From: an uncultured Desulfobacterales bacterium
GTDB taxonomy: Bacteria; Myxococcota_A; UBA9160; JAFDET01
Direction of reading: 5' to 3'
Assembly (NCBI GenBank): GCA_964194905.1
Contig: CAXMOD010000074.1
Location: 3,940 to 67,939 of the forward strand
DNA: 64,000 nucleotides
Shown here: one piece after another, positions 51,699-60,203 of the stretch
How the letters are laid out: every line of letters begins with the position of its first letter
How positions within the stretch are numbered: the stretch's first letter is position 1
Notes under the pieces: model-generated
Seen by the model: the letters and a program-made list of their open reading frames with translations, nothing else
Database searches by the model: none
What the model was told of the DNA's origin: nothing
Position numbers and translations under genes: made by a program

Positions 51699-53080
51699 GA
51701 CTCCAGCGTCTTCGTGAAGGCGCGCACCAGAACCTTCCGGACCGTGGCGCGGTCGGTGCCGCCGTAGGCCTTGCGGAACGCCTTGAGCGGGATGATGCCC
51801 TTGGCCATCGAGCGGTGGCCGCCGCCCACGCCCAGACCTTCGACTACTGCGCGGACCACCTCTCCGGCGGCGCGCACGTAGCCGACGTTGCGCACCGAGA
51901 AGACCAGGTCCGAGTTCACGCTGCCGACGGCGATGGACCACTCGGCGCCTTCGGCCTGGAGCCCCAGGTCCGCTACCTGAGGGATCACGTCCTCCCGCAC
52001 GCGGCCCAGCACCAGCAGGTGGATGCCCTTGTCGACACTGGTGTGCGAGAGCGCGCGGCCGAGCGCCTTGAGTCCGTCGAGGGGCAGCGCGGGCCGCTCG
52101 ATGCGCCGTAACAGCGCGGGACTGTGCCATTGGTGCAGATACGCGAACGCGTTGATGTCGTGGCGGCTGGTCTCGCGGCCCAGGAGCTGGGTGTCGCTCT
52201 TGACCCCGTAGATGAGGGCGGTCGCCAGCTTGGGGCGGATGTCGAGCTGCGCGGCCCGCACGTAGCCGGTGATGATGGTGGCCGTTGCGCCGTAGGACGG
52301 GCGGATGTCCCGAATCACGGTGTCGTAGCCCGAGCGCTCCGGGTGGTGATCGATCACCACGTCCACGGAGCGCACACGCGCGGGCATTTCCTCGCCGAAC
52401 ACGCTGGGCTGGACGTCCACCAGGGCGAGCCCGTCGAACTCGTCCAGGTCGTCGGCGGATACGGTGCGCACCTCGAGCCCCAGCGCGGCCACCATCGCCA
52501 GGTTCTCCGGCCGCTTCACCTCGCCGAAGGAGATGAGCGGACAGGTGGAGCTCTTGCGTCCGAGCAGCGCGCGCAGTGCGAAGCCCGAGGCGATGCCGTC
52601 CGGGTCCGGGTCGGGCTGGAGGAGGATGCCCACCTTGCTGCGTGACTCGAGCAGCGCGCGGGTGTCCTCGAGGCGGCGCAGGTCCCACAAGCGGTCGAAC
52701 TCCTCGTCCACGTCGTCGCGGATGAGCGAGCGCAGCGGAGATTGGCGCAAGCACGGATGGTCGGGCAGATCCTCCGGCACGAGTCGGTCCGACAGCACCA
52801 GGATGGGCGAGTTGGGCGCCGCACCATCGATGGCCGCCACCGCGGAGCGCCCGAAGGGGCCGTCCTCGGTCACCAGCGCGAAGCCGTCCCCGTCCTTGGG
52901 GTCCAGCTTCGCGACGGCATCGGCGGACAGGCCGCCCGGGAGCACGCGGAATCCGGGAGGACGCGAGCGGGATTCGCCTTCGCGGGGAACCCAAGTGAGT
53001 TCCTCGTCCTCTGCGGCGCCGATCAGCCCCCAGAGGCGGGCCAGCTCTGCGCCGTCGCACAGGATGATGCGCCTGGCCAA
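51695..53080 (-). CDS. DHH/DHHA1-family phosphoesterase (NrnA-like) with an extra ~150-aa N-terminal domain
   Basis: 461 aa. DHH motifs DPDPDGIASG and VIDHHP. DHHA1 motif GGGHRSMAKG. Confidence 0.85.
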   Translation of the reverse strand: MARRIILCDGAELARLWGLIGAAEDEELTWVPREGESRSRPPGFRVLPGGLSADAVAKLDPKDGDGFALVTEDGPFGRSAVAAIDGAAPNSPILVLSDRLVPEDLPDHPCLRQSPLRSLIRDDVDEEFDRLWDLRRLEDTRALLESRSKVGILLQPDPDPDGIASGFALRALLGRKSSTCPLISFGEVKRPENLAMVAALGLEVRTVSADDLDEFDGLALVDVQPSVFGEEMPARVRSVDVVIDHHPERSGYDTVIRDIRPSYGATATIITGYVRAAQLDIRPKLATALIYGVKSDTQLLGRETSRHDINAFAYLHQWHSPALLRRIERPALPLDGLKALGRALSHTSVDKGIHLLVLGRVREDVIPQVADLGLQAEGAEWSIAVGSVNSDLVFSVRNVGYVRAAGEVVRAVVEGLGVGGGHRSMAKGIIPLKAFRKAYGGTDRATVRKVLVRAFTKTLES

Positions 53081-53251
53081 GAAGCCCCCCGAAAGAGCAA
53101 TCGCGGGTCGCCTCCCCGGAGCGGGGGGCTCGGTCTCGCGAAGCGGCAGAGTCTAGCGGATGGACAGGAGCCCGAGTTGAGTCGATGTCCCCGAGGGGGC
53201 CTGGAACGGGCGGAAACGGCCGGAGCGGCCCGCAGAGGCTACGGTCCCGCC

Positions 53252-54124
53252 GTGCAACCGGTTTTCGTGGGCGACGTGCAGGGCTGTGGGGACGAGCTGG
53301 AACTCCTGCTGGAGCGTGTCGCCGCGGCTTGCGGGGAGCGTGACTTTCGGATCTGGCAGGTGGGCGACCTGGTGAACCGAGGCCCCCACAACCTCGCGGT
53401 GCTCGAGCGGGTGCGGGGGCTCCATCAGCAGGGCCGCGCCCGGATCGTGCTGGGCAACCACGACGTCACGCTGATCCGGGTGCACCTCGGACTGCGCCAG
53501 GCGGGGCCGCGCGACACCTTCGGCGACGTGCTGGCGAGCGCCGACGCCGACGACTGGATCGGCTGGTTGCGCGGCCTGCCCATGGTCGAAACGGGGCATC
53601 TGGGCGACACGCCCTTCGCGATGGTGCACGCGTCGGTGGCGCCGGAGTGGACGTTCGACGAGCTGGAGTCGCGCGCGAGCCGAGTGGAGGCGCGCCTCGG
53701 CGCCGAAGATCTCGACGCTGTGTGCGCTTTCCTGGAAGGCGACGACGCGGAGCGCGATGACCTCGAGCGCATGCTCCACGGCCGCAGCGTATCCCCGGAT
53801 GGAAGCTGGAGTAGCGACGAGCCGCGACGCCCGCGGGATGCGTGGCACGCTGCGTTTGCCGCACGGGGCTACGGCTACGGTGTGGTCTACGGGCACTGGG
53901 CGATGCAGGGGCTGCACGAGGCGCAGTACCTGCGGGGGCTCGATACGGGTTGCGTGCACCACGGGCGCGGACACAACGGCTTTCTGACCGCGTGGTTACC
54001 CGACGTAACGGCGAACGAACCGTTCGGGGTTCCCGATTCTGGAACGCTCGTCCAGGTGAAGGCGCACGCGGCGCACTACAAGCTTCTCCTCGAGAAGATC
54101 GATTCTTCCACTGGATCCCCTTGA
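53252..54124 (+). CDS. apaH: Symmetrical bis(5'-nucleosyl)-tetraphosphatase (ApaH-type metallophosphoesterase)
   Basis: The GTG at 53252 is in frame with track ORF 52742..54124. Motifs GDVQGCGDEL, VGDLVNRGP, LGNHD, MVHASV, YGHWA and LDTGCVHHG align with E. coli ApaH along the full length. Confidence 0.85.
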   Translation: MQPVFVGDVQGCGDELELLLERVAAACGERDFRIWQVGDLVNRGPHNLAVLERVRGLHQQGRARIVLGNHDVTLIRVHLGLRQAGPRDTFGDVLASADADDWIGWLRGLPMVETGHLGDTPFAMVHASVAPEWTFDELESRASRVEARLGAEDLDAVCAFLEGDDAERDDLERMLHGRSVSPDGSWSSDEPRRPRDAWHAAFAARGYGYGVVYGHWAMQGLHEAQYLRGLDTGCVHHGRGHNGFLTAWLPDVTANEPFGVPDSGTLVQVKAHAAHYKLLLEKIDSSTGSP

Positions 54125-54529
54125 TTCCTGCGAGGGGCGGTATAGGTTGGAGGAGTCGCCCGAAGCCGCGGTGCGAGGAGAACGAGGTCTCGCTCCCGTC
54201 GGCTGCAAAAGCACCGTCGGCAGCGGACGACGCGTTCGTTGATGGGAGTGAGCGTCACCCGCAGAAGAAGGCGTGCTCGAGAAAGGGGCACCACTTCAGA
54301 AGCGGGAATGGTGCGGGGACAGCTTCCCGACCCCGGGAGCTTCCAACCATCCGCGGAGCCAAGGGGTGCGCCTCCGTCTGTCGCCGGCGGGAGGGCCCGA
54401 GCCTTTATCCCTTACCGGTCCGTCGATCGTGGCAGCGGGACACGCCTCCGGTGGCGCGAAAGCGGCACCACTTCGCGCAATGAGAAACGTCTCGACGGCG
54501 GATTGGGAAGCACCCCGCAACCTCGGTTC
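54125..54529. other. Unusually long non-coding spacer between convergent genes; candidate structured RNA of unknown class
   Basis: ~405 nt with no convincing ORF. Duplicated module GAAAG(G/C)GGCACCACTTC (54281-54297 and 54458-54474), each copy part of a hairpin. The second hairpin is GGTGGCGC-GAAA-GCGGCACC. There are several further local stems and a long-range complement (GGTTGGA 54145 / TCCAACC 54341). Confidence 0.3.
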
Positions 54530-55435
54530 CTAGCGCGAACGCCCCAGCGCGCGCGCGGCCGACGCCCGCAGCTCTTCGGTCGCGCCTTGGGCTGCGATGC
54601 GCTCCAACTCGGCACGCACCGCCGGCCCGCGGGCCGAGAGCGTCGCCGCCGGGAGCGCTGCCGCCACCACCTCCGGGTCGGTCGAGCGCAGCGTCGCGAC
54701 CAACGCCGGCGTGAGGCCCTCCGCCCTCTGCATGACGGCGAGCGCCAGGCCGAGCTGTACGACGCCGGGATCGACGCCCGGCGCCCCGATTCCCGCGAGA
54801 AGCGTCGCAGTGCCGGCGGGGTTCTGGCAGGCGATGTTCACCGACGCGCGCCGCACGGCCGGCAGGCGCGCGGGGTCGAGCGCGATGCGCGCGCGCTCGC
54901 GCGCGAGGTCCGCCGTCACGGGTAGCGCTTGGGACCGGTCCCCCAGCGCCTGGATCGCGGCGCCTCGCAGCTCCTCGTCGGGGCCGTCGATCCAGGCGAG
55001 GTAGACGTCGCGCTGCGCCTCCCCACCCTCGCTGGCGAGCAGCTCGCCGAGCGCCGCCCGCCAGCGCTGCTCCTGCTCGGCGGAGGCGAGCTTGAGGATC
55101 TCGCGGGGCTCGTCCACCACCACGTAGGGCGTGCGCGCGCCGCGCAGCAGCAAGAGTGCGCGCTCGCCGGGCGCCAGGCCGAAGGGCCGCGATGGGGCGC
55201 GCTTCAGTCGGAAGCGGTCGCCTGGCTCGCCGCGCAGCGCGAAGGCGTCCACCACGTCGATGCGGCCCGTCTCCACGCGCTCGACCGTGCCCAGCGCCAC
55301 CACGTCCGCCTCGGCGAGACGCGCATGCAGAGGCCGCAGGGCCTTGGGCATGCCGTGCTGGGCCGAGGCCGCCGATGCCCACAGCAGGAGCAGCACCACA
55401 CAGGCATCGCGCAGACGGTTCACGGCGGGCATCAT
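54530..55435 (-). CDS. Secreted hypothetical protein (helical-repeat/HEAT-like)
   Basis: The last 301 codons of track ORF 54530..55840. Signal peptide MMPAVNRLRDACVVLLLLWASAASAQ. Ala/Leu/Arg-rich helical repeats. Confidence 0.65.
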   Translation of the reverse strand: MMPAVNRLRDACVVLLLLWASAASAQHGMPKALRPLHARLAEADVVALGTVERVETGRIDVVDAFALRGEPGDRFRLKRAPSRPFGLAPGERALLLLRGARTPYVVVDEPREILKLASAEQEQRWRAALGELLASEGGEAQRDVYLAWIDGPDEELRGAAIQALGDRSQALPVTADLARERARIALDPARLPAVRRASVNIACQNPAGTATLLAGIGAPGVDPGVVQLGLALAVMQRAEGLTPALVATLRSTDPEVVAAALPAATLSARGPAVRAELERIAAQGATEELRASAARALGRSR

Positions 55436-55441
55436 AGCCGC

Positions 55442-56911
55442 GTGCCGCGTCTCCGCTCGACCGCCGTCGTTCCGATTCTGCTGGTCCTCGGCTGTGCGCT
55501 GAACCCGGTCACCCGCACGCCGGAGGTGGTCTTTACCACCCGTGACCAGGAGGTGGAGATCGGCCGCCAGGCGGCGCGTGAGGTGGAGCGCACCATGGGC
55601 ACCGTGCGCGACGAGGCGATCGTCGGGTACGTGGCCGAGGTCGGCGCGCGCCTCGCCGCACGCTCGCCGCGCCAGGACGTGGAGTACCACTTCGCGGTGG
55701 CCGACATGGAGGAGCCGAATGCTTTCGCGCTGCCCGGCGGTTTCGTCTTCGTCTCCTGGGGCATGCTCGCGCTCGCCGAGAGCGAGGACGAGCTGGCCGG
55801 CGTGATGGGTCACGAGATCGTTCACGTGGCTGCGCGCCACGCGGTGCAGCGTGAGTCCGCGGCGCTGCCGGTGGGGGTGCTCTCGGCGCTGGGCTCGCTG
55901 GCGGGGGGGCTGGTCGGCGGTGCCCAGCTGGCGCAGCTAGTCGGCGGCATTCCCGAGCTGGCGGGCGGTCTCTTGCTGGCGAGCTACGGGCGCGACCAGG
56001 AGCGCGAGGCGGATCGCGTGGGCCAGACCCTCGTGGCCGAGGCGGGTTGGGACCCCGCCGCGCTCGCCGACGTGCTGGAGCGCATGGAGGATGTGGTGGC
56101 TCTGGAGGCCGGTGAGGAGCGCCAACCGAGCTGGTTCGATTCGCACCCCTCCACCCCCGAGCGAGTGGAGTCGGCGCGTGAGCGCGCAGCGCGCCTCGTG
56201 GGCGACGCCGCGGTGCCGCAGAGCGATGGGCGCGAAGCGTTCCGGGCGTTCCTCGACGGAATGCGCGTGGGACCCGACCCGGGCGAGGGCGTCTTTCGCA
56301 AGGAGCTCTACCTGCACCCGGACATGGGCTTCGCGGTGCGCTTCCCACTGGGCTGGCGCACCCACAACTCGCGCGACTCCGTCGCCGCGCTGGCGCCGAA
56401 GGGCGACGCGGTGATGGCACTGCGCCTGCACGGTCGCGGCGACGATCCCGAGGCTGCGGCTGTAGCGTTCGCGCGCAAGAACGACCTCACCCTCTCCGAC
56501 TTCGAGAGCGTCGAGATTCGCGGAAACCCCGCCGTGCGCGCCCTCGCCGGTGTGCGGACCCGCGGCACCACTCTGGTGGTGGACTTCACCTTCCTCGCGC
56601 ACCAGGGATTGGTCTACCGCTTCACCGGTGCGTCGCCGGTGAACGTGTACGAGCGGCGCGCCGAGGACCTGATCTCCGTCCCCGAGAGCTTCCGCGACCT
56701 CGAGGAGTCCGAGCGTGCCTTCACGGTGCGGCGCTTGCGCATCGCGCGCGCCGAGCCGGGCGAGACCCTGACGGCTCTCGGCCGCCGGGTCGGCAATGCC
56801 TGGGCTGCGGACCGCACGGCCGCCGTGAACGGGCTGGACGTGGCGGCGCCGCTCCAGGCCGGCACGCCGGTCAAGGTGGCGGTGGACGAGCCGTACGCGC
56901 CGGCTCGCTAG
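55442..56911 (+). CDS. M48-family zinc metalloprotease lipoprotein with C-terminal LysM-like domain
   Basis: The GTG at 55442 is in frame with track ORF 54929..56911. Lipobox ILLVLGCA. HEXXH GHEIVHVAARH, with a downstream ...READRVG. The C-terminal ~45 aa are LysM-like (GETLTALGRRVGN...VNGL). Confidence 0.85.
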   Translation: MPRLRSTAVVPILLVLGCALNPVTRTPEVVFTTRDQEVEIGRQAAREVERTMGTVRDEAIVGYVAEVGARLAARSPRQDVEYHFAVADMEEPNAFALPGGFVFVSWGMLALAESEDELAGVMGHEIVHVAARHAVQRESAALPVGVLSALGSLAGGLVGGAQLAQLVGGIPELAGGLLLASYGRDQEREADRVGQTLVAEAGWDPAALADVLERMEDVVALEAGEERQPSWFDSHPSTPERVESARERAARLVGDAAVPQSDGREAFRAFLDGMRVGPDPGEGVFRKELYLHPDMGFAVRFPLGWRTHNSRDSVAALAPKGDAVMALRLHGRGDDPEAAAVAFARKNDLTLSDFESVEIRGNPAVRALAGVRTRGTTLVVDFTFLAHQGLVYRFTGASPVNVYERRAEDLISVPESFRDLEESERAFTVRRLRIARAEPGETLTALGRRVGNAWAADRTAAVNGLDVAAPLQAGTPVKVAVDEPYAPAR

Positions 56912-56920
56912 ACTGGGGCC

Positions 56921-57184
56921 ATGCCGAAGGTGAGCGTCTCTCCGCCCCTGCGCGGTCCGACCCGGGGCGAGGCGGTGGTGGAAGTGGCCGGAGCCAGCGT
57001 CCGCGCCTGTCTCGAGGCCGTCGACGCGCTCCATCCGGGCTTCCTGGCCCTCGTCGTGGGGCCCGATGGGGCCGTCCACAACTTCCTGAAGGTCTTCCTG
57101 AATGGGGAGCAGGTGGAGTCCCTGGACGGCTCCGTGGCCGAGGGCGACGAAGTCGAGGTGATGGCCGCGGTCGGGGGCGGTTGA
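56921..57184 (+). CDS. MoaD/ThiS-family sulfur-carrier protein
   Basis: 87 aa. Ubiquitin-like pattern ..VFLNGEQVESLDGSVAEGDEVEVMAAVGGG, with a C-terminal Gly-Gly(-Gly). Confidence 0.8.
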   Translation: MPKVSVSPPLRGPTRGEAVVEVAGASVRACLEAVDALHPGFLALVVGPDGAVHNFLKVFLNGEQVESLDGSVAEGDEVEVMAAVGGG

Positions 57185-57222
57185 GCTATCCTGCCGGCCC
57201 TGCGCAGAAGGAGGTGCCCCCC

Positions 57223-58953
57223 ATGGGTGACAAGCTCATCCGTGTCGATATGACCAACCTGACCGCCACGGTCGAGGACTATCCCGAGGATTGGAATCTC
57301 CTCGGTGGCCGCGCTCTCTCGGCGCGCATCCTCCTTCAGGAGTGCGATCCCGAGTGCGATCCGCTCGGCCCCGACAACGTGCTGGTGATGGCGCCGGGCG
57401 TGCTCTCGGGAACCATGGCGCCCACCTCCGGCCGCATCTCCATCGGCGGCAAGAGTCCCCTCACCGGCGGCATCAAGGAGGCCAACGCCGGCGGCAACCC
57501 GGGCCAGGACCTGATGAAGCTCGGCTACCGCGGCATCGTGGTGAAGGGCCAGCCCGCGGACCCGGAGAAGCGCTACGCAGTCGAGGTCCGGAAGACGGGC
57601 ATCGAGGTCGTCGAGGCCGACGACACCAAGGGCATGTGGAACTACGCCCTCATCGAGAAGCTGGGCGACACCTACGGCAAGACGGCCTCCTTCATCAGCA
57701 TCGGTCCCGCCGGTGAGATGAGGCTCTCGGGCGCGTCGGTGGCCTGCACCGACGCCGACCAGGAGCGCCGCCCCGCGCGCCAGGCGGCCCGCGGCGGCTT
57801 GGGCGCCGTGATGGGGAGCAAGGGCCTCAAGTACGTGATGATCGACGCAGAGAAGGCGCCGGTGCGAAAGCCCGCCGACCTGAAGGCCTTCGCGGGGCTG
57901 ACCAAGAGCTACACGAAGGAGTTCCGCGATGGTCCCAAGGCGAACGTGTTCAAGTTCGGCACCAGCTCGGTCGTGCCCGTGGCCAACATCCTCAACACGT
58001 TCCCGTACAAGAACCGCACCGAGGGTCAGTCCCCGGACGTGGACACCCTTTCGGGCGCGCGCATCGTGGAGAGCTTCGAGACCCGCGGCGGCGGCATGCA
58101 CAACTGCATGACCGGATGCATCGTGCAGTGCTCGAACATCGTCCACGACAAGGACGGCAACTACAAGACGAGCGCCCTCGAGTTCGAGACGCTCACCCTG
58201 CTGGGTGCCAACTGCGCCATCGCGAGCTGGGAGGACGTGGCCGACCTGGACCGCCTGTGTGACGAGATCGGCGTCGACACCATCGAGATGGGCGCCGCCA
58301 TCGCCGTCTACATGGATTCGGGCGGGCTCGAGTGGGGCGACGCCGAGGGCGCCAAGCGCATCCTCAAGGAGATCGCCGAGGGCACGGAGCTCGGCACGGC
58401 CATCGGCAACGGTGCGCTCTCCATCGGGAAGAAGCGCGGCCACAAGCGGATCCCCGTGGCGAAGGGCCAGGCCTTGCCGGCGTGGGATCCACGCCCGCTC
58501 AAGGCGACGGGCATCACCTACTGCACCAGTCCCATGGGCGGCGACCACACGGCTGGCCTGATCGTGAACCCCGGCCTGCCGCCGGAGCAGTTCGCCCAGG
58601 CCTCGCAGGAGTCGCAGCTCATCAACGCGGCGTGCGACTCGTCGGGCTTCTGCCAGTTCCTGCAGCCGACGCTTCCCGAGATCGCCGACTTCTACTCCCA
58701 GTACTGCGGCGAGGCCGTGACGAAGGAGCAGGTGGCCGACATCGGTTGGCAGTGCCTCCAGGACGAGTGGGCGTTCAACGAGCGCGCCGGCTTCACCGCG
58801 GCAGACGACGATCTTCCGGAGTGCATCCGGGAAGAAGGCGTGGGCCCCGGCGGCGCGCTCAAGTTCGACGTCGCCGCAGACGTGATCGCCCAGGCGAAGG
58901 CTTCACGCTTCTCGCCCAGCGATACGTTCTGGGACACCAAGGTCACCGGCTAG
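57223..58953 (+). CDS. Aldehyde:ferredoxin oxidoreductase (AOR) family tungsto/molybdopterin enzyme
   Basis: AAGGAGG SD before the ATG at 57223. N-terminal AOR domain LIRVDMTN..GGRALSARILL..GKSPLTGG. SIGPAGE and RGGLGAVMGSKGLK. Cys cluster NCMTGCIVQC. 576 aa. Confidence 0.9.
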   Translation: MGDKLIRVDMTNLTATVEDYPEDWNLLGGRALSARILLQECDPECDPLGPDNVLVMAPGVLSGTMAPTSGRISIGGKSPLTGGIKEANAGGNPGQDLMKLGYRGIVVKGQPADPEKRYAVEVRKTGIEVVEADDTKGMWNYALIEKLGDTYGKTASFISIGPAGEMRLSGASVACTDADQERRPARQAARGGLGAVMGSKGLKYVMIDAEKAPVRKPADLKAFAGLTKSYTKEFRDGPKANVFKFGTSSVVPVANILNTFPYKNRTEGQSPDVDTLSGARIVESFETRGGGMHNCMTGCIVQCSNIVHDKDGNYKTSALEFETLTLLGANCAIASWEDVADLDRLCDEIGVDTIEMGAAIAVYMDSGGLEWGDAEGAKRILKEIAEGTELGTAIGNGALSIGKKRGHKRIPVAKGQALPAWDPRPLKATGITYCTSPMGGDHTAGLIVNPGLPPEQFAQASQESQLINAACDSSGFCQFLQPTLPEIADFYSQYCGEAVTKEQVADIGWQCLQDEWAFNERAGFTAADDDLPECIREEGVGPGGALKFDVAADVIAQAKASRFSPSDTFWDTKVTG

Positions 58954-58979
58954 CCCTCCGGCCGGGGGCGTTCACGGCC

Positions 58980-60203
58980 ATGCGCGACGTCCGGATGAAA
59001 GGGTTCGCCGAGCGGGCGGACGTGGAGGAGGTGGAGCGCTTCCTCGCGGACGCCGCCGCGGCGCTGCCGGGCGAACGCGTCGCGCTGGCGATGTGCGCCG
59101 GACGCGTGCTGGCCGAGGCTGTGCGCGCCGACGTGGACGTGCCGCCTTTCGCGCGCAGTGCCATGGATGGCTACGCGGTGCTCGGGGAGGACACCTTTGG
59201 TGCCTCGGAGTACGACCCGGTGAGTCTCGCGCTGGTGGGCGTGACGCTGCCCGGGAAGCCCTACGCGGGGCGGCTCGGCGTGGGCCAGGCGGTACGCATC
59301 ATGACCGGGGCGCCGATCCCGGACGGCGCCGACGCGGTGGTGATGGCCGAGGTGTGCAGCGAGTCGGAGCAGCGTGTCGAGGTGCGCGAGCCCGTGGCGC
59401 CGCGCCGGAACGTGGGCGCGGTGGGCGAGGACATTGCCGCCGGAGCCGTGGTGCTGCGGGGCGGTCGTCGCCTGCGCGCACAGGACGTGGGTTTGCTGGC
59501 GTCGATCGGCGCCGCCGAGCCCGTCTGCGTGCGGCGCCCGCGCGTGCGCCTGGTGATCACCGGCGACGAGCTGCTGGAGCCCGGGAGCCGCCCCGCCGGC
59601 GCCCACATCGTCGACAGCAACTCGCCCATGCTTGCCGCCCTGGTGGCGCGCGACGGGGGCGAGCTGCTTCCCCACGAGATCCTGCCCGACCGCCCCGAGC
59701 GCATCCGCGCCGAGCTCGAGCGCGACGACGCCGACGTCGTGCTCGTCTCCGGCGGCAGCTCCGTCGGCCAGGAGGACCACGCCCCGAGTCTCGTGGCCGA
59801 ATTGGGCAGTCTCGATTTCCACGGTGTCGCGATGCGCCCGTCGTCGCCCACCGGGTTGGGGCGGATCGGTGACCGTTGGGTCTTCCTGCTGCCGGGCAAT
59901 CCGGTTTCCTGCTTGTGCGCGTACGACTTCTTCGCGGGCCCCACGCTGCGCGCCCTGGGCGGGCTGCCCCGGGACTGGCCGCACCGCCGCGTGCGCCTGC
60001 CCCTGGCGCGCAAGATCTCCTCGATGGTGGGCCGTGTGGACTACGTGCGCGTGGCGATCGAGAAGGAACGGGTCGTGCCCATCGCCACGTCCGGTGCGTC
60101 GATCCTCTCTTCGACCGTGCGCGCCGACGGCTTCGTGCTGGTGCCCCGAGAGCGCGAGGGCATGCCCGAGGGCGCCGAGGTGGAGGTCTTGCTGTACGCA
60201 TGA
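58980..60203 (+). CDS. moeA: Molybdopterin molybdo/tungsto-transferase MoeA
   Basis: The ATG at 58980 is in frame with track ORF 58332..60203. Motifs SAMDGYAV, IMTGAPIPDGADAVV, VSGGSSVGQED and LPGNPVS. Confidence 0.9.
   Translation: MRDVRMKGFAERADVEEVERFLADAAAALPGERVALAMCAGRVLAEAVRADVDVPPFARSAMDGYAVLGEDTFGASEYDPVSLALVGVTLPGKPYAGRLGVGQAVRIMTGAPIPDGADAVVMAEVCSESEQRVEVREPVAPRRNVGAVGEDIAAGAVVLRGGRRLRAQDVGLLASIGAAEPVCVRRPRVRLVITGDELLEPGSRPAGAHIVDSNSPMLAALVARDGGELLPHEILPDRPERIRAELERDDADVVLVSGGSSVGQEDHAPSLVAELGSLDFHGVAMRPSSPTGLGRIGDRWVFLLPGNPVSCLCAYDFFAGPTLRALGGLPRDWPHRRVRLPLARKISSMVGRVDYVRVAIEKERVVPIATSGASILSSTVRADGFVLVPREREGMPEGAEVEVLLYA

Noticed and set aside
54125-54529. Tested whether the long spacer is RNase P RNA, tmRNA or SRP RNA
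   Set aside because: Neither strand carries GAGGAAAGUCCGGGC or ACAGAAxCCGGCUUA (RNase P P4). There is no tRNA-like GGUUCGAAUCC T-arm or ..LAA tag reading frame (tmRNA), and no GGAAGGAAGCAGCC (SRP). Some local resemblance to the RNase P specificity-domain sequence (CGGAGCCAAGG) is too weak. The region is left as unassigned.
54273-54533. 86-aa plus-strand ORF, and the 74-aa minus-strand ORF at 54296-54520, inside the long spacer
   Set aside because: Third-position G/C bias is clearly weaker than in every confident gene here. There is no SD or motif, and the ORF overlaps the end of the convergent gene. Not called as a CDS.
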